Positions 35,603 through 44,875 of a DNA stretch of 64,000 nucleotides are shown here, piece after piece. The stretch comes from a virus, in the IMG/VR virus record IMGVR_UViG_3300019458_000035. The stretch is one strand, 5' to 3'. Made by a program: the position numbers and the translations under genes. The notes below the pieces were generated by a model. It was not told the origin of the DNA, did no database searches, and saw only the letters and a program-made list of their open reading frames with translations. Each line of letters opens with the position of its first letter. The stretch's first letter is position 1.

Positions 35603-35899
35603 TCAGAAATTGTAGGTGAAGTCTCTGCTGGACATGTTGGTGACCATAAAGATCTTCACCCGTTCGACAGGTAATATCGTCCACTCGTATTCCAAAAGTT
35701 GGATCCTGTTAGTCTCACTGAGGTTCTTCAGCAGATGCTGCATCTCCTGAGGAATGTTGGAGGAAGTCTTAACGGTTTTCACTTCGTCCACAGTGATGAC
35801 CCTCTCCTCTAACAGGAAAGCGAGTATATCGTCTATGCCGCCGGTTAGCTCATTAAGTCGAGCTAGACACTCTATCTCGGTTTTCTTTTTCGTCTTCAT
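35603..35899 (-). CDS. hypothetical protein (98 aa)
   Basis: ORF. Confidence 0.35.
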   Translation of the reverse strand: MKTKKKTEIECLARLNELTGGIDDILAFLLEERVITVDEVKTVKTSSNIPQEMQHLLKNLSETNRIQLLEYEWTILPVERVKIFMVTNMSSRDFTYNF

Positions 35900-36065
35900 A
35901 TATGATTTCTACCGAGCTCCAGCTCGAAGCCCATGCCTTAGCGAGCTCCATAGCTTCCGACGGTGTAGCAGCCCTAATGAATGTATGAAGCTCCATTCCG
36001 AGCTTGTTCACCACCGCCCACGATCCAGCACTAGCCTTACGTAGGTACAACTGATGATCGTACAT
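35853..36065 (-). CDS. hypothetical protein (70 aa)
   Basis: ORF; 1-nt overlap with exonuclease gene start. Confidence 0.3.
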   Translation of the reverse strand: MYDHQLYLRKASAGSWAVVNKLGMELHTFIRAATPSEAMELAKAWASSWSSVEIIYEDEKENRDRVSSST

Positions 36066-36634
36066 TAGAGAGCCTCTAGTCTTTTAACCACTTCGATACC
36101 AGCCATGTTATCGCCTCGCGCAGTGTGCGCAGTGTGCGCAACGAAATCAAAGCCAAAGTATTTAGAGAGTCCTTCCAGATTGTCTGGTGCGTCTTGGGGA
36201 AGCTTGCCTTGGCGCTTCAAATACATCACCAAGCCAGTGATGTCGTATAGGCGATAGGAGACAAATTGGTTCCAGGTCTTTTTGCCCAGAATATTGTCTG
36301 TCACCTTCTCAACATCAAATCCTACGTTCTTACCGACAGGAACAAGTTTGAACTTGCCGTTCTTGCTGTGAGTCCAGAGGAACTGCCTGAGTGCACCACC
36401 AGCTGCGCTGTAGGTGAGTGCAATCTTATCGTGCTCGATGAGGTTAATTTTGTTGATCTCTAGCGCTTCAGCTGCAACGTTATATTGCCCATCATCTGGC
36501 TTCATCTTTAGATCAAGCTCATCAATGATGTTAAGCTTAGCATCGCACACAGCAAAGTGAGCAGTAAGCAGAGAACTCTCTTTCGTGAGACCACCGGTTT
36601 CCGTGTCGAAGGGTAGGTATAGAGTGTCGATCAT
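36065..36634 (-). CDS. DEDDh 3'-5' exonuclease (DnaQ/DexA-like)
   Basis: DTETGGL exo I motif near N-terminus, H-x4-D exo III region (HTAHTARGD). Confidence 0.65.
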   Translation of the reverse strand: MIDTLYLPFDTETGGLTKESSLLTAHFAVCDAKLNIIDELDLKMKPDDGQYNVAAEALEINKINLIEHDKIALTYSAAGGALRQFLWTHSKNGKFKLVPVGKNVGFDVEKVTDNILGKKTWNQFVSYRLYDITGLVMYLKRQGKLPQDAPDNLEGLSKYFGFDFVAHTAHTARGDNMAGIEVVKRLEAL

Positions 36635-36898
36635 TTATCCTCCAAGGAAAACCTTGTCAAAAGCTAGACTGGAAATAAAACTTTGAGCATTGTAGTCACC
36701 GTGCTCTTTAGCGGCTTTCTGCATGCAGCGAATCAGTTGCTCATCGCCCATGGAAGCATACCCACCAAAGCCCATACGCAACAGACCTTCCATCATGGTG
36801 ACGCATTGGCCATTCACATAGATACTATTGTGAATTCTGTTCTTGTCGCAGTTAACAAGAATCTCTATGGCCTTAAGTCTTTCTTCCAATGAAAGCAT
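36635..36898 (-). CDS. hypothetical protein (87 aa)
   Basis: ORF. Confidence 0.35.
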   Translation of the reverse strand: MLSLEERLKAIEILVNCDKNRIHNSIYVNGQCVTMMEGLLRMGFGGYASMGDEQLIRCMQKAAKEHGDYNAQSFISSLAFDKVFLGG

Positions 36899-37770
36899 TA
36901 TTCGCTCATGTCCCTTGGGTCACGAAAACCCAAAAACACAGGAAAGCGAGGCTTGTCTTTCATACCCGCTTCCTGATACTTGTATTTCACTATTTTGCCG
37001 ACATACTTCTTGCGATGATCCCAGATTTCTTGGCGCAGCGCATCATCCATGCCGGTGCCAATATCGAACTCTACATCACTCTTGAGATCGCGTACAACAA
37101 ACTTCCCCAAGGTCCCATCTGGAACAAGGTTAGCTTTATGAGAAGAACGTTTCGTGCGTCCGAAAGCATCTTTTTGAGCTTCGTTACCATTGTGCATCCT
37201 CTCCTGTAAATCCAGGATAATTGCCTCTGAGTCCTTGAAGCGCTTGATTTTAAGTAGATAGGCTTCTCTAACAGTAGAGCGGCCACACTTATACGGACCT
37301 TCTAGACTACGGACCATGATGCCTTCGAATCCCTTAGCGAGACACTCGGCCTCATATTTCATCAATTCATCTACGTTATGAATTAGTTTCGGAATTACTT
37401 TTACACACCAGGCTGGTAGGTCTAATGCCTCGAGCTCTTGCATGCGGACGTGATACGGGGTTGCGATGCCAGAGCTGACGTAATCAAACACCCAGTACTC
37501 AATGGCAGGAGTACCGTCTTCAGACATAACGGCACTCTGAATCTGGTTAAAGGTTCCACCCTTAATCATCAGCTCGCCGTCTAAGTTGTTTGGAAGTGCT
37601 TTGAACATATCTTGAATATGTTCGTTAGGAATATCGATGAACTTGCGACTCTGAGCTTTACCCTTGATCTTTAAGCTCCTAATTCCATCTAGCTTTGGTG
37701 AAGCAAGAACTGGAAAAGACAATAGACCAGGGTCTTCGCACGTATCTGCGAGCATCGGTTTCTTAATCAT
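36898..37770 (-). CDS. minimal ATP-dependent DNA ligase (Chlorella-virus/T7-like)
   Basis: 290 aa; motif I KLDGIR, motif IV EGIMVR, motif V LLKIK. Confidence 0.7.
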   Translation of the reverse strand: MIKKPMLADTCEDPGLLSFPVLASPKLDGIRSLKIKGKAQSRKFIDIPNEHIQDMFKALPNNLDGELMIKGGTFNQIQSAVMSEDGTPAIEYWVFDYVSSGIATPYHVRMQELEALDLPAWCVKVIPKLIHNVDELMKYEAECLAKGFEGIMVRSLEGPYKCGRSTVREAYLLKIKRFKDSEAIILDLQERMHNGNEAQKDAFGRTKRSSHKANLVPDGTLGKFVVRDLKSDVEFDIGTGMDDALRQEIWDHRKKYVGKIVKYKYQEAGMKDKPRFPVFLGFRDPRDMSE

Positions 37771-37804
37771 TATATAATCCTTTAATAGATTATACGAAAT
37801 GATT

Positions 37805-38626
37805 TTAATACTTCGAAAGGAACGTCTTTAGGTCTTCGTTAGAGACAAAGTAACCCCATCCTGCTTGATCCATGGCAAAAACTACAGCTACAACATCGCC
37901 TTTCCAGTCAACAACTGGAGAGCCGCTATTGCCGGGAAGAACCCGAGCAGTGGTTTGATATACACCTTTTATCGTCGTGAAGCAAACACGAAGATGGATT
38001 GGTTGACCGAAGAACTCAAGATCCAAGTCTTTAATCTCATTCTTAGGCTTGTTGCAAGCTGCTTCTTGTTCTTGAGATTGAATGATGTAATCGGGGATCG
38101 ACATGTCTTGCTTAGCGATGACGTCACCTTGCGAGACGGTGAGAGGTCTTAATAGAGGGTGTCCAATTGCGTTGAGCTGTTGTCCGGCTCCAGGAGCAGA
38201 ACCAGTTTCTAATCCATCAACCCCAGGCATGCCTTCAAGGATGCAGAGATCGGTTGAGTCAGAGATTTCAAGAATTTTACGTGGGATAGCAATGCCGTTG
38301 CCTTTAACAACTAGCAAGCTAGTCTTATCTTCGCTTTGAGTGAGAGCACCTTCGCATACGTGAGCATTGGTGACTGTGTAAGTGACTCCACTTTTAGCTT
38401 TAAAAGCAAAGCCGGTACCACCGCCGCCATCCATCTTACCTTTGATCATATAGACGCGCTCGCCAACTGAATGTCTGAGCCACTGTCTATGCATCTCTGG
38501 AGCTCTTACAACTAGATAACCACATGCGCCAAGAATCATTACTAGCGCTGCTCCATCAAGTGCGAGACTAAGCGCTTTCCTACCGAGTTTCTTGAACCAA
38601 CTACCAATGCTTTGTTTCTGACCCAT
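37805..38626 (-). CDS. trypsin-like (S1) serine protease with N-terminal TM anchor
   Basis: GNSGSPVV (GDSGGP-like) near C-terminus, TNAHV His region, hydrophobic N-terminus. Confidence 0.6.
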   Translation of the reverse strand: MGQKQSIGSWFKKLGRKALSLALDGAALVMILGACGYLVVRAPEMHRQWLRHSVGERVYMIKGKMDGGGGTGFAFKAKSGVTYTVTNAHVCEGALTQSEDKTSLLVVKGNGIAIPRKILEISDSTDLCILEGMPGVDGLETGSAPGAGQQLNAIGHPLLRPLTVSQGDVIAKQDMSIPDYIIQSQEQEAACNKPKNEIKDLDLEFFGQPIHLRVCFTTIKGVYQTTARVLPGNSGSPVVDWKGDVVAVVFAMDQAGWGYFVSNEDLKTFLSKY

Positions 38627-38674
38627 GTGTCCTCCTAGGGTTACTACTATTTTACCCTAGCGAAGACTAAGATT

Positions 38675-39643
38675 TTAGCGAGCGCAATGTCCCTTCACCA
38701 TAGCTTTATTAAGCGCAGCAAGCGCATTCACCTTTCCACCTGTACGAATTTTGTTTTCAAGTTGAGGATACTTGTCGACGGTGGACTCAATAATTGACTT
38801 AACTTGAACATAAGTTAACTTAGAATTACACGCCCAGAGCTGCGCTGCAATTCCTGAGACAAACGGAGTTGCTTGAGAGGTTCCAGTCATCCAGCCATAA
38901 CGATTTCCAGGCAAAGAGCTGAAGATATGTTCGCCTGGCGCAGCAACATCAACACGAGCCTTTCCGTAGTTGGAACTAGGCACCATGTAATTTTGGCTGT
39001 CAACGTTTCCGACAGAGATGACATTGCTGAGGCGATAGCTCGCAGGATAGTAGTAATTGTAAACTAGATCGGTGTTCTCATGCTCGTTCCCAGCTGCAGC
39101 AACAACTAAGATTCCCTTAGCCTCTGCCTCTTTCAATGCAAGGTACTCATCCTCAGAGAACTCTGGTCCACCGCCGGAATAGTTGATGATCTTTACTTTC
39201 TTGCTAATAGCAAAGCGAATAGCCGAAACTGTGTTCCTAAGGTTCACAGCACCGCTATTCGCGTCTGAATAGTATTTGATTGGGAGGATTGTAGCGAGAG
39301 GAGAGACTTGGTGAATGATGCCAGCAACGTGTGTACCATGCCCGTGGTCATCATTCGGGTTCGGCTTATCGTTGAGGAAGTTCCAACCGTAGTACGAAGC
39401 GATACCTCTACCACCACTACTCCACAAACTTCCTGCTAAGAATTCATGTCTTGCATCGATGCCTGTGTCGATGACAGCGACAACGACTTTTGGTGATCCT
39501 TGGGTATAGTCTAGCGCTTCGACAGCGTCGACAGCATTCATTCCCCAGTTCTTACTATTCTGAACTTCAGGTCGAAGCTGTGCTGCGAACGCAATAGCAG
39601 TGAGTGCCACTAACGGAATAAGTACCTTAAGTAGACTCCCCAT
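38675..39643 (-). CDS. subtilisin-like (S8) serine protease, secreted
   Basis: Signal peptide; VAVIDTGID (Asp), HGTHVAG (His), GTSQATP (Ser) catalytic triad blocks. Confidence 0.75.
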   Translation of the reverse strand: MGSLLKVLIPLVALTAIAFAAQLRPEVQNSKNWGMNAVDAVEALDYTQGSPKVVVAVIDTGIDARHEFLAGSLWSSGGRGIASYYGWNFLNDKPNPNDDHGHGTHVAGIIHQVSPLATILPIKYYSDANSGAVNLRNTVSAIRFAISKKVKIINYSGGGPEFSEDEYLALKEAEAKGILVVAAAGNEHENTDLVYNYYYPASYRLSNVISVGNVDSQNYMVPSSNYGKARVDVAAPGEHIFSSLPGNRYGWMTGTSQATPFVSGIAAQLWACNSKLTYVQVKSIIESTVDKYPQLENKIRTGGKVNALAALNKAMVKGHCAR

Positions 39644-39839
39644 CTTGATCTCCTTTAGCGATATATAATACCGCTAAGTGAATCTCGTTTCGGGATGGGT
39701 CGGCAGGTTGAATGCCAGTAACGTACTGTTGAATCTCTGTGTTCGATAGACCTTCCTTGCGAAGGTTATCATACAGTTGCTGTGCTTGGTTATGAACCAC
39801 GTTCTTGCGCCTTATGCGATCATCTTCAAAGAAGCCCAT
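39627..39839 (-). CDS. hypothetical protein (70 aa)
   Basis: ORF. Confidence 0.3.
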   Translation of the reverse strand: MGFFEDDRIRRKNVVHNQAQQLYDNLRKEGLSNTEIQQYVTGIQPADPSRNEIHLAVLYIAKGDQDGEST

Positions 39840-40303
39840 TAGGTGTTCCTCTTACGCTTAAACATTGAAGGATGGTAGTTGCAGTCCATCAACGCCGCAA
39901 CCTCCTCTAACGAATAAGTATCGTAATCGGTATGGTTAAAGGTCTCAGGAGTAGCAATAGGTTCTAGAGGTTTTGTTGATTGTTCTACAAGCCACGCTAC
40001 CTCTTTTGGGTCCATTACTTCAACTAAATTACTTGCTCTGATCTCGCGATCAAAGGATTGCTTTTCTGGATATACCTTCTCAGGTATCTCTTGAGCTAGT
40101 TCTTCGGCATCAGAGACTTTGCCTTTAATACTAACGAGTGCTTTCTCAATGTCCTTAAAACTAGTTCCTACGATCTGGTTACAAATAGCTTGCTTTTCGT
40201 CAGTGCTGTCTAGGATTTCCTGGATCCTTATAGCACGGTCTTCTTTACTTAGACTGTCAAGCCCACACACCTCTCGAATACGCTTCTTAAGTCTTTTAGT
40301 CAA
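39839..40303 (-). CDS. hypothetical protein (154 aa)
   Basis: ORF. Confidence 0.4.
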   Translation of the reverse strand: MTKRLKKRIREVCGLDSLSKEDRAIRIQEILDSTDEKQAICNQIVGTSFKDIEKALVSIKGKVSDAEELAQEIPEKVYPEKQSFDREIRASNLVEVMDPKEVAWLVEQSTKPLEPIATPETFNHTDYDTYSLEEVAALMDCNYHPSMFKRKRNT

Positions 40304-40349
40304 GCAGACTCCTTTGACTTAATTATAACAGTCAAGGTCCCTTGGCAAC

Positions 40350-40706
40350 TTAAGTTTGATCCGACTTCTTTTCCTCGTCAGAGAGGGTGGCCTCGAGCTG
40401 CTTATCGAACTCGATATCGAACGAGACGCTCTGAGACTCACCACGGATGTTCTCGAACATCTCGTCAGTGAATGCCTCGTGCTTAGTCTCATGGATGGCT
40501 TTGCAGATGTAATACTTGATTTCTTCCTGGTTCTCGAACGTAGGTTCATTGCAGAACTTATCTACGGACGTTTGAAGCTGCGGAAGCACTGGAATCTCGA
40601 AATGCTTCCAGAACTCCAGAACCGCCTTAGCGTCATCTGGAGTGATCACTACTTCTCGGGTAGCGTCGATTAACGTTCCATCATTCTGCGCTTGATCATT
40701 ACTCAT
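40350..40706 (-). CDS. hypothetical acidic protein (118 aa)
   Basis: ORF. Confidence 0.4.
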   Translation of the reverse strand: MSNDQAQNDGTLIDATREVVITPDDAKAVLEFWKHFEIPVLPQLQTSVDKFCNEPTFENQEEIKYYICKAIHETKHEAFTDEMFENIRGESQSVSFDIEFDKQLEATLSDEEKKSDQT

Positions 40707-40722
40707 GGCAATCCTCCGATAG

Positions 40723-41406
40723 TTATTTAGAATCGGTTTTAGCCTTCTTGGTTTTCGAAGCTTTATTTTTAGGTTGATTCTGAATCTTACTGAACTTACG
40801 AACTCTCTTCTTCTCAGGAAGCATGGTGACAGAGTTCACAGTCTGTTGGTCAACCTTAGGTAGGCCAACTACGTCTACAATGCCGAACTTAACAGCAGCA
40901 TCCGCATCCAAGTAGCAATCCCTTCCGTCTTGGTTCTTAATCATTTCTCGAAGACCTTGATACCCACCCTTGATGCCGCAGTTATCGGCCAAGAGTCCAA
41001 GGAACTTGGTATTGACACGCTTAAGCTCTTCAGCATCTGCGTGTACGTCGTGGACGTCTCCGCCTGCTCCACCAGAGGCTTCGTGGATCATCACTCGACT
41101 ATACTTATCGCAAAACCTGATGTCTCCATGACTCAGGAGAACAGCTCCGCAAGACATAGCTTTGCCCATACAGACAGTAATGAGCGGGTTAGAGATTTCA
41201 TCCATCGTGGCCAGCATCTTAGCTAGGGAATCGAGTAGGCCACCATAGGAGTCAATGTAGATGACGATAGGGCGCTGAGGATCACCTTTAGCTGCATCTA
41301 GCAGATCTTCTCTGAACTCTTGGGCGGACTCTTCATCGAACTTATTAACCCAGATTTCATCCTTATTAGACGATCTACTCTTCTTGAGAATGTCCTTGAT
41401 ATCCAT
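40723..41406 (-). CDS. ClpP-family serine protease-like protein (second copy)
   Basis: IYIDSYGGLLDSLAKMLATMD...MSCGAVLLSHGD...MIHEASGG blocks align with ClpP core; basic C-terminal tail. Confidence 0.65.
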   Translation of the reverse strand: MDIKDILKKSRSSNKDEIWVNKFDEESAQEFREDLLDAAKGDPQRPIVIYIDSYGGLLDSLAKMLATMDEISNPLITVCMGKAMSCGAVLLSHGDIRFCDKYSRVMIHEASGGAGGDVHDVHADAEELKRVNTKFLGLLADNCGIKGGYQGLREMIKNQDGRDCYLDADAAVKFGIVDVVGLPKVDQQTVNSVTMLPEKKRVRKFSKIQNQPKNKASKTKKAKTDSK

Positions 41407-41442
41407 ATGTACTCCTTACACTTTATTCTACAGATCACTTAC

Positions 41443-41451
41443 TGGGCGGAC
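41443..41451 (+). promoter_or_regulatory. sigma70-like extended -10 (TGGTAAAAT)
   Basis: 17 nt upstream of ATG 41468. Confidence 0.4.
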
Positions 41452-41467
41452 ATGGTAAAATAGGGTT

Positions 41468-41911
41468 ATGGAAAAGCTTGACGAACTTATTAAGAAATTT
41501 CAAGACGCTAAAGAATCCCTTAACAAGAATGTAAACGAGTCTTATTCAGGCGAACAGAATGTCGTTAAGACTGACGGTTCTGGAGACATGGCAGGTGCCA
41601 TGGCTATGTCTGAGCATATGACTGTTAACAAGGGTGGTCAGTGGGAACTCCATAAAGCTGGTCCAGAAGCTCCTCATAAAGGCAGCTCCGCTTTCAATAT
41701 GGATCATGTTCGTGAAGTAAGTGAAATGAAAGATCATGCTGCCGCTAAAGCACATGCACATAAGATTGTCGATGCATCTACTGCTAATGCAGGCAACAAA
41801 GCCAAGCTAAAGCAAATGATCAACAGCAGCAGGAACACAGCTCACCTTGCACAAGGTATGAGCAACCATATCCTTGCCCATCCAAGCGAAAACCTAAAAG
41901 TTGGTCGTTAA
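41468..41911 (+). CDS. hypothetical protein (147 aa)
   Basis: Plus-strand ORF with own promoter-like element. Confidence 0.45.
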   Translation: MEKLDELIKKFQDAKESLNKNVNESYSGEQNVVKTDGSGDMAGAMAMSEHMTVNKGGQWELHKAGPEAPHKGSSAFNMDHVREVSEMKDHAAAKAHAHKIVDASTANAGNKAKLKQMINSSRNTAHLAQGMSNHILAHPSENLKVGR

Positions 41912-42171
41912 TCAGCGAGTTCACCATTCAACTTAATCTTCACGCCAGGAGCGATAGGAGAAGTTAGGTGAGCATCTCCGTTCTCTTTCACGCAGACGTA
42001 CAATTCTTGTCCAGCAAGAGCGTTGAACCTATCAAACACGTCTTTGCAAGCCGTGAACCTACCTTCAGCATATCCAGCGCGGCGAGCCAATCCAGCTCCA
42101 CCAACAATTAACAGCAATGCTCCAATAGCCAAAACAATCTGATTCCTGTTCATACACTGTCCTTTACCCAT
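41908..42171 (-). CDS. small secreted/membrane protein (87 aa)
   Basis: N-terminal hydrophobic helix. Confidence 0.35.
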   Translation of the reverse strand: MGKGQCMNRNQIVLAIGALLLIVGGAGLARRAGYAEGRFTACKDVFDRFNALAGQELYVCVKENGDAHLTSPIAPGVKIKLNGELAD

Positions 42172-42818
42172 CCAAGGGCGTTTGCAATATCAGGGAACTG
42201 CTCCGTGAAAATGTTTTTAGCATCGATTGCCAAGTCCATATGCTCTTGCTGAGTTCCATTAGCAGAACGAAGTTCAATATAATGAATCCAAGAGCGAGCT
42301 GAACCAGTCATGTAGATGGTAGTCTTGGTATTCAAGGGAAGAAGGAACCTAGCTTGTTCCTTTGCAATTCCTCTTTTCAAAGCTTCTTCATATAGCGACA
42401 TCGAAGTTGCGTCGACAGTAGCTTGCGCTTGATCAAACCAATCTCTGTCTTCTTGATTCATGTCGTCAACAGAGTTCTGTCTGTTTTTAAGATCTTGACG
42501 ACGTGCAGGGTAACGTACCGTTTCGGTAGCCTTCGCGTAGCGCTGAGAGAACTCTTGGAACGTGAAGGAACGATGTCTGAGAATCTGAGCAGCAATCGCT
42601 CGCGATGTAGTAATTTCTAGCGTCATGTAAGCATGCTCGAACGGAGACCAATGAGAGTTCCTGATACAATAAGCTAATAGCTTCGGCGCAGTCTCGAAGT
42701 TTGCCTGATTCGTAGGATTTGAAACTCGTGTGATGTACGCGATGATGTCCTGCGCACTTCTGTTAACTAATTCCCCAGCACCACTAGTCGTTGCAACCAG
42801 CTTCACTCGTTCGCTCAT
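42150..42818 (-). CDS. thyX: FAD-dependent thymidylate synthase ThyX
   Basis: ThyX motif RHRSFTFQEFSQRY (RHRxxSxxxxSxR), 222 aa. Confidence 0.85.
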   Translation of the reverse strand: MSERVKLVATTSGAGELVNRSAQDIIAYITRVSNPTNQANFETAPKLLAYCIRNSHWSPFEHAYMTLEITTSRAIAAQILRHRSFTFQEFSQRYAKATETVRYPARRQDLKNRQNSVDDMNQEDRDWFDQAQATVDATSMSLYEEALKRGIAKEQARFLLPLNTKTTIYMTGSARSWIHYIELRSANGTQQEHMDLAIDAKNIFTEQFPDIANALGWVKDSV

Positions 42819-42848
42819 CTTTTCTCCGTTGTTGGGTGATGTTTTTGA

Positions 42849-42863
42849 TACAATAATATTGTA
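42849..42863. promoter_or_regulatory. perfect 15-bp palindrome TACAATAATATTGTA in thyX/RNR divergent region (NrdR-box-like operator candidate)
   Basis: Read from sequence; sits ~67 nt upstream of RNR start and overlaps TTGATA -35-like hexamer. Confidence 0.35.
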
Positions 42864-42929
42864 CTAAAAACGATCAAGATGAGTACAATTTACTTCTAAA
42901 TCTCAATCAACAAGCAAGAGGCTTTTGAA

Positions 42930-44558
42930 ATGCAACAAGGCAGTTACGACGTATTCTCCAGCAAATTCAGCCAAGACATTTACATGCAAAAATATAGCAT
43001 GAATGGCACAGAGAAATGGGAGGATACTTGCAACAGAGTTGTTAATTCTGTCTGTGGACAACATTTAGATTCAAAGACCAAGCAAAAAATTCTACAGTTT
43101 ATGATTGACCGTAAGTTTATCCCAGGCGGTCGCTACCTTTATTCTGCAGGTCGTAAATTCCACCAAGTCAATAACTGCTTCCTATTCCGCGCCGAGGATT
43201 CGCGCGAAGGTTGGGCAGATCTCACTAAGAAATGTACCGAAGCTCTACTCACTGGCGGAGGCATCGGAGTTGATTACTCTAACATCCGCTACGATGGTGC
43301 TCCTATTAAGGGAACTGGTGGAACCTGTACTGGTCCAATCAGTTTGATGGAGCTCATCAACGAAAATGGTCGCTTCATTATGCAAGGCGGTCAGCGTCGT
43401 TCTGCTATCTGGGCTGGATTAAGCTGGTGGCACAAAGATGTTTTTAAGTTCATGAACGTTAAGAACTATAGTGAAGAACTTAGAGCGATGAAGGAAAGAG
43501 ACTTCAACTTCCGTCTTCCGATGGAGGGAACCAATATCTCTGTCATCTACGATACAGATTTCTTCATTGCTGTAGAAGACGAAACCCATCCTAACCATGC
43601 ACACGCAAAAGAAGTATGGATGAAGAATTGCTATCAGGCATTCAGCAGTGCTGAGCCAGGTATGTCATTCAACTTCCGCCGCGACGCAGAATCACTTCGC
43701 AACGCTTGCACTGAGGTTGTATCTGAAGATGACTCTGACAAATGCAATCTAGGCACAATCTGGATCAACCGAATCTCTGACAAGAAAGAGTTTGCGGACG
43801 TCATTAAAGCCTCTGTGCTATTCCTGCTCTGCGGTTCAATCTACAGCGATCTCCCTAACGAGAAGATCCGTGAGATTGGCGATAAGAACAACCGCATTGG
43901 ATTAGGTCTCGGTGGTATCCATGAATGGCTCATGAAGCGTGGTCATAAGTACGGTTGTCCTCCTGAGCTTCATGCTTGGCTCGCCACATACGAGCGTGAG
44001 TCTGACTCTGCTGCCTTCGTTGGCGCTAAGCAACTAGGCGTTACAGTTCCTAAGGGCGTTCGTGCTATTGCTCCTAATGGAACGATTGGCATCATCGCTG
44101 AAACCACTACGGGCATTGAACCGTTGTTCTGTAAGGCCTACAAGCGTCGCTATCTTAAGGATGGCAAGTGGATGTATCAGTACGTAGTTGATGGCGCAGT
44201 TAAGCGTCTATTGGCCGATGGCGTTAGGCTGGAAGACATTCAAGACTCGTACGACATTTCGTTTAGGGACAGAGTTAAGTTCCAAGCTGATGTTCAACAA
44301 TATGTTGACATGGCTATCAGCTCCACGTGCAACATGCCATCGTGGGGTTCACTCAACAATAACCCAGATACTGTAGCTGAGAATGCTGCAATCCTACTCA
44401 AGTACGCCAAGCGTCTTCGTGGCTTCACCGTCTATCCTGACGGATGTCGCGGTGGGCAACCATTGACGCGTTGTTCTCTTGAAGAAGCTCTCTCAAACGA
44501 GGGTGTTACTTTTGAAGAGAAAGAGGTAGAATGTGTAGGAGGAGTCTGCGGATTATAA
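42930..44558 (+). CDS. ribonucleotide reductase, compact class II-like (NrdJ-like)
   Basis: N-terminal EKWEDTCNRVVNSV, NCFLF and GGGIGVDYSNIR blocks, CNLGTI, C-terminal CVGGVCGL redox pair; 542 aa. Confidence 0.7.
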   Translation: MQQGSYDVFSSKFSQDIYMQKYSMNGTEKWEDTCNRVVNSVCGQHLDSKTKQKILQFMIDRKFIPGGRYLYSAGRKFHQVNNCFLFRAEDSREGWADLTKKCTEALLTGGGIGVDYSNIRYDGAPIKGTGGTCTGPISLMELINENGRFIMQGGQRRSAIWAGLSWWHKDVFKFMNVKNYSEELRAMKERDFNFRLPMEGTNISVIYDTDFFIAVEDETHPNHAHAKEVWMKNCYQAFSSAEPGMSFNFRRDAESLRNACTEVVSEDDSDKCNLGTIWINRISDKKEFADVIKASVLFLLCGSIYSDLPNEKIREIGDKNNRIGLGLGGIHEWLMKRGHKYGCPPELHAWLATYERESDSAAFVGAKQLGVTVPKGVRAIAPNGTIGIIAETTTGIEPLFCKAYKRRYLKDGKWMYQYVVDGAVKRLLADGVRLEDIQDSYDISFRDRVKFQADVQQYVDMAISSTCNMPSWGSLNNNPDTVAENAAILLKYAKRLRGFTVYPDGCRGGQPLTRCSLEEALSNEGVTFEEKEVECVGGVCGL

Positions 44559-44875
44559 TGATTCTCACTGACAAAGCACTTACATATCTCAAATCTATTA
44601 AGCCACTAGAAGAGTGTGCTATCAAGGTCTCTGTTGTCGGTGGTGGTTGCTCCGGTCTTTCTTATAAGATGGAGTGGATCACTGCCGATAACGCCTCTGA
44701 TAAAGATAAGCGATTGGATCAAGATGGCATTGCCGTTTACGTGGATCCTAAGTCGTGGCTATTTCTATCTGATTTAACGGTGGATTACAGCGATGGTCTA
44801 GATGGTAAAGGATTCGAATACATCAATCCTAAAGCCACTAGGTCATGTGGATGTGGATCTAGCTTTAGCGCTTAA
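44531..44875 (+). CDS. A-type Fe-S cluster carrier (IscA/ErpA/HesB family)
   Basis: 114 aa; GGGCSGLSY...CGCGSSFS conserved Cys triad spacing. Confidence 0.7.
   Translation: MCRRSLRIIMILTDKALTYLKSIKPLEECAIKVSVVGGGCSGLSYKMEWITADNASDKDKRLDQDGIAVYVDPKSWLFLSDLTVDYSDGLDGKGFEYINPKATRSCGCGSSFSA

Noticed and set aside
42930-44558. Class I (NrdA) or class III (NrdD) RNR
   Set aside because: Too short (542 aa). No glycyl-radical motif and no ATP-cone. N-terminal and NCFLF/CxxC blocks fit compact class II better, but classification remains tentative.
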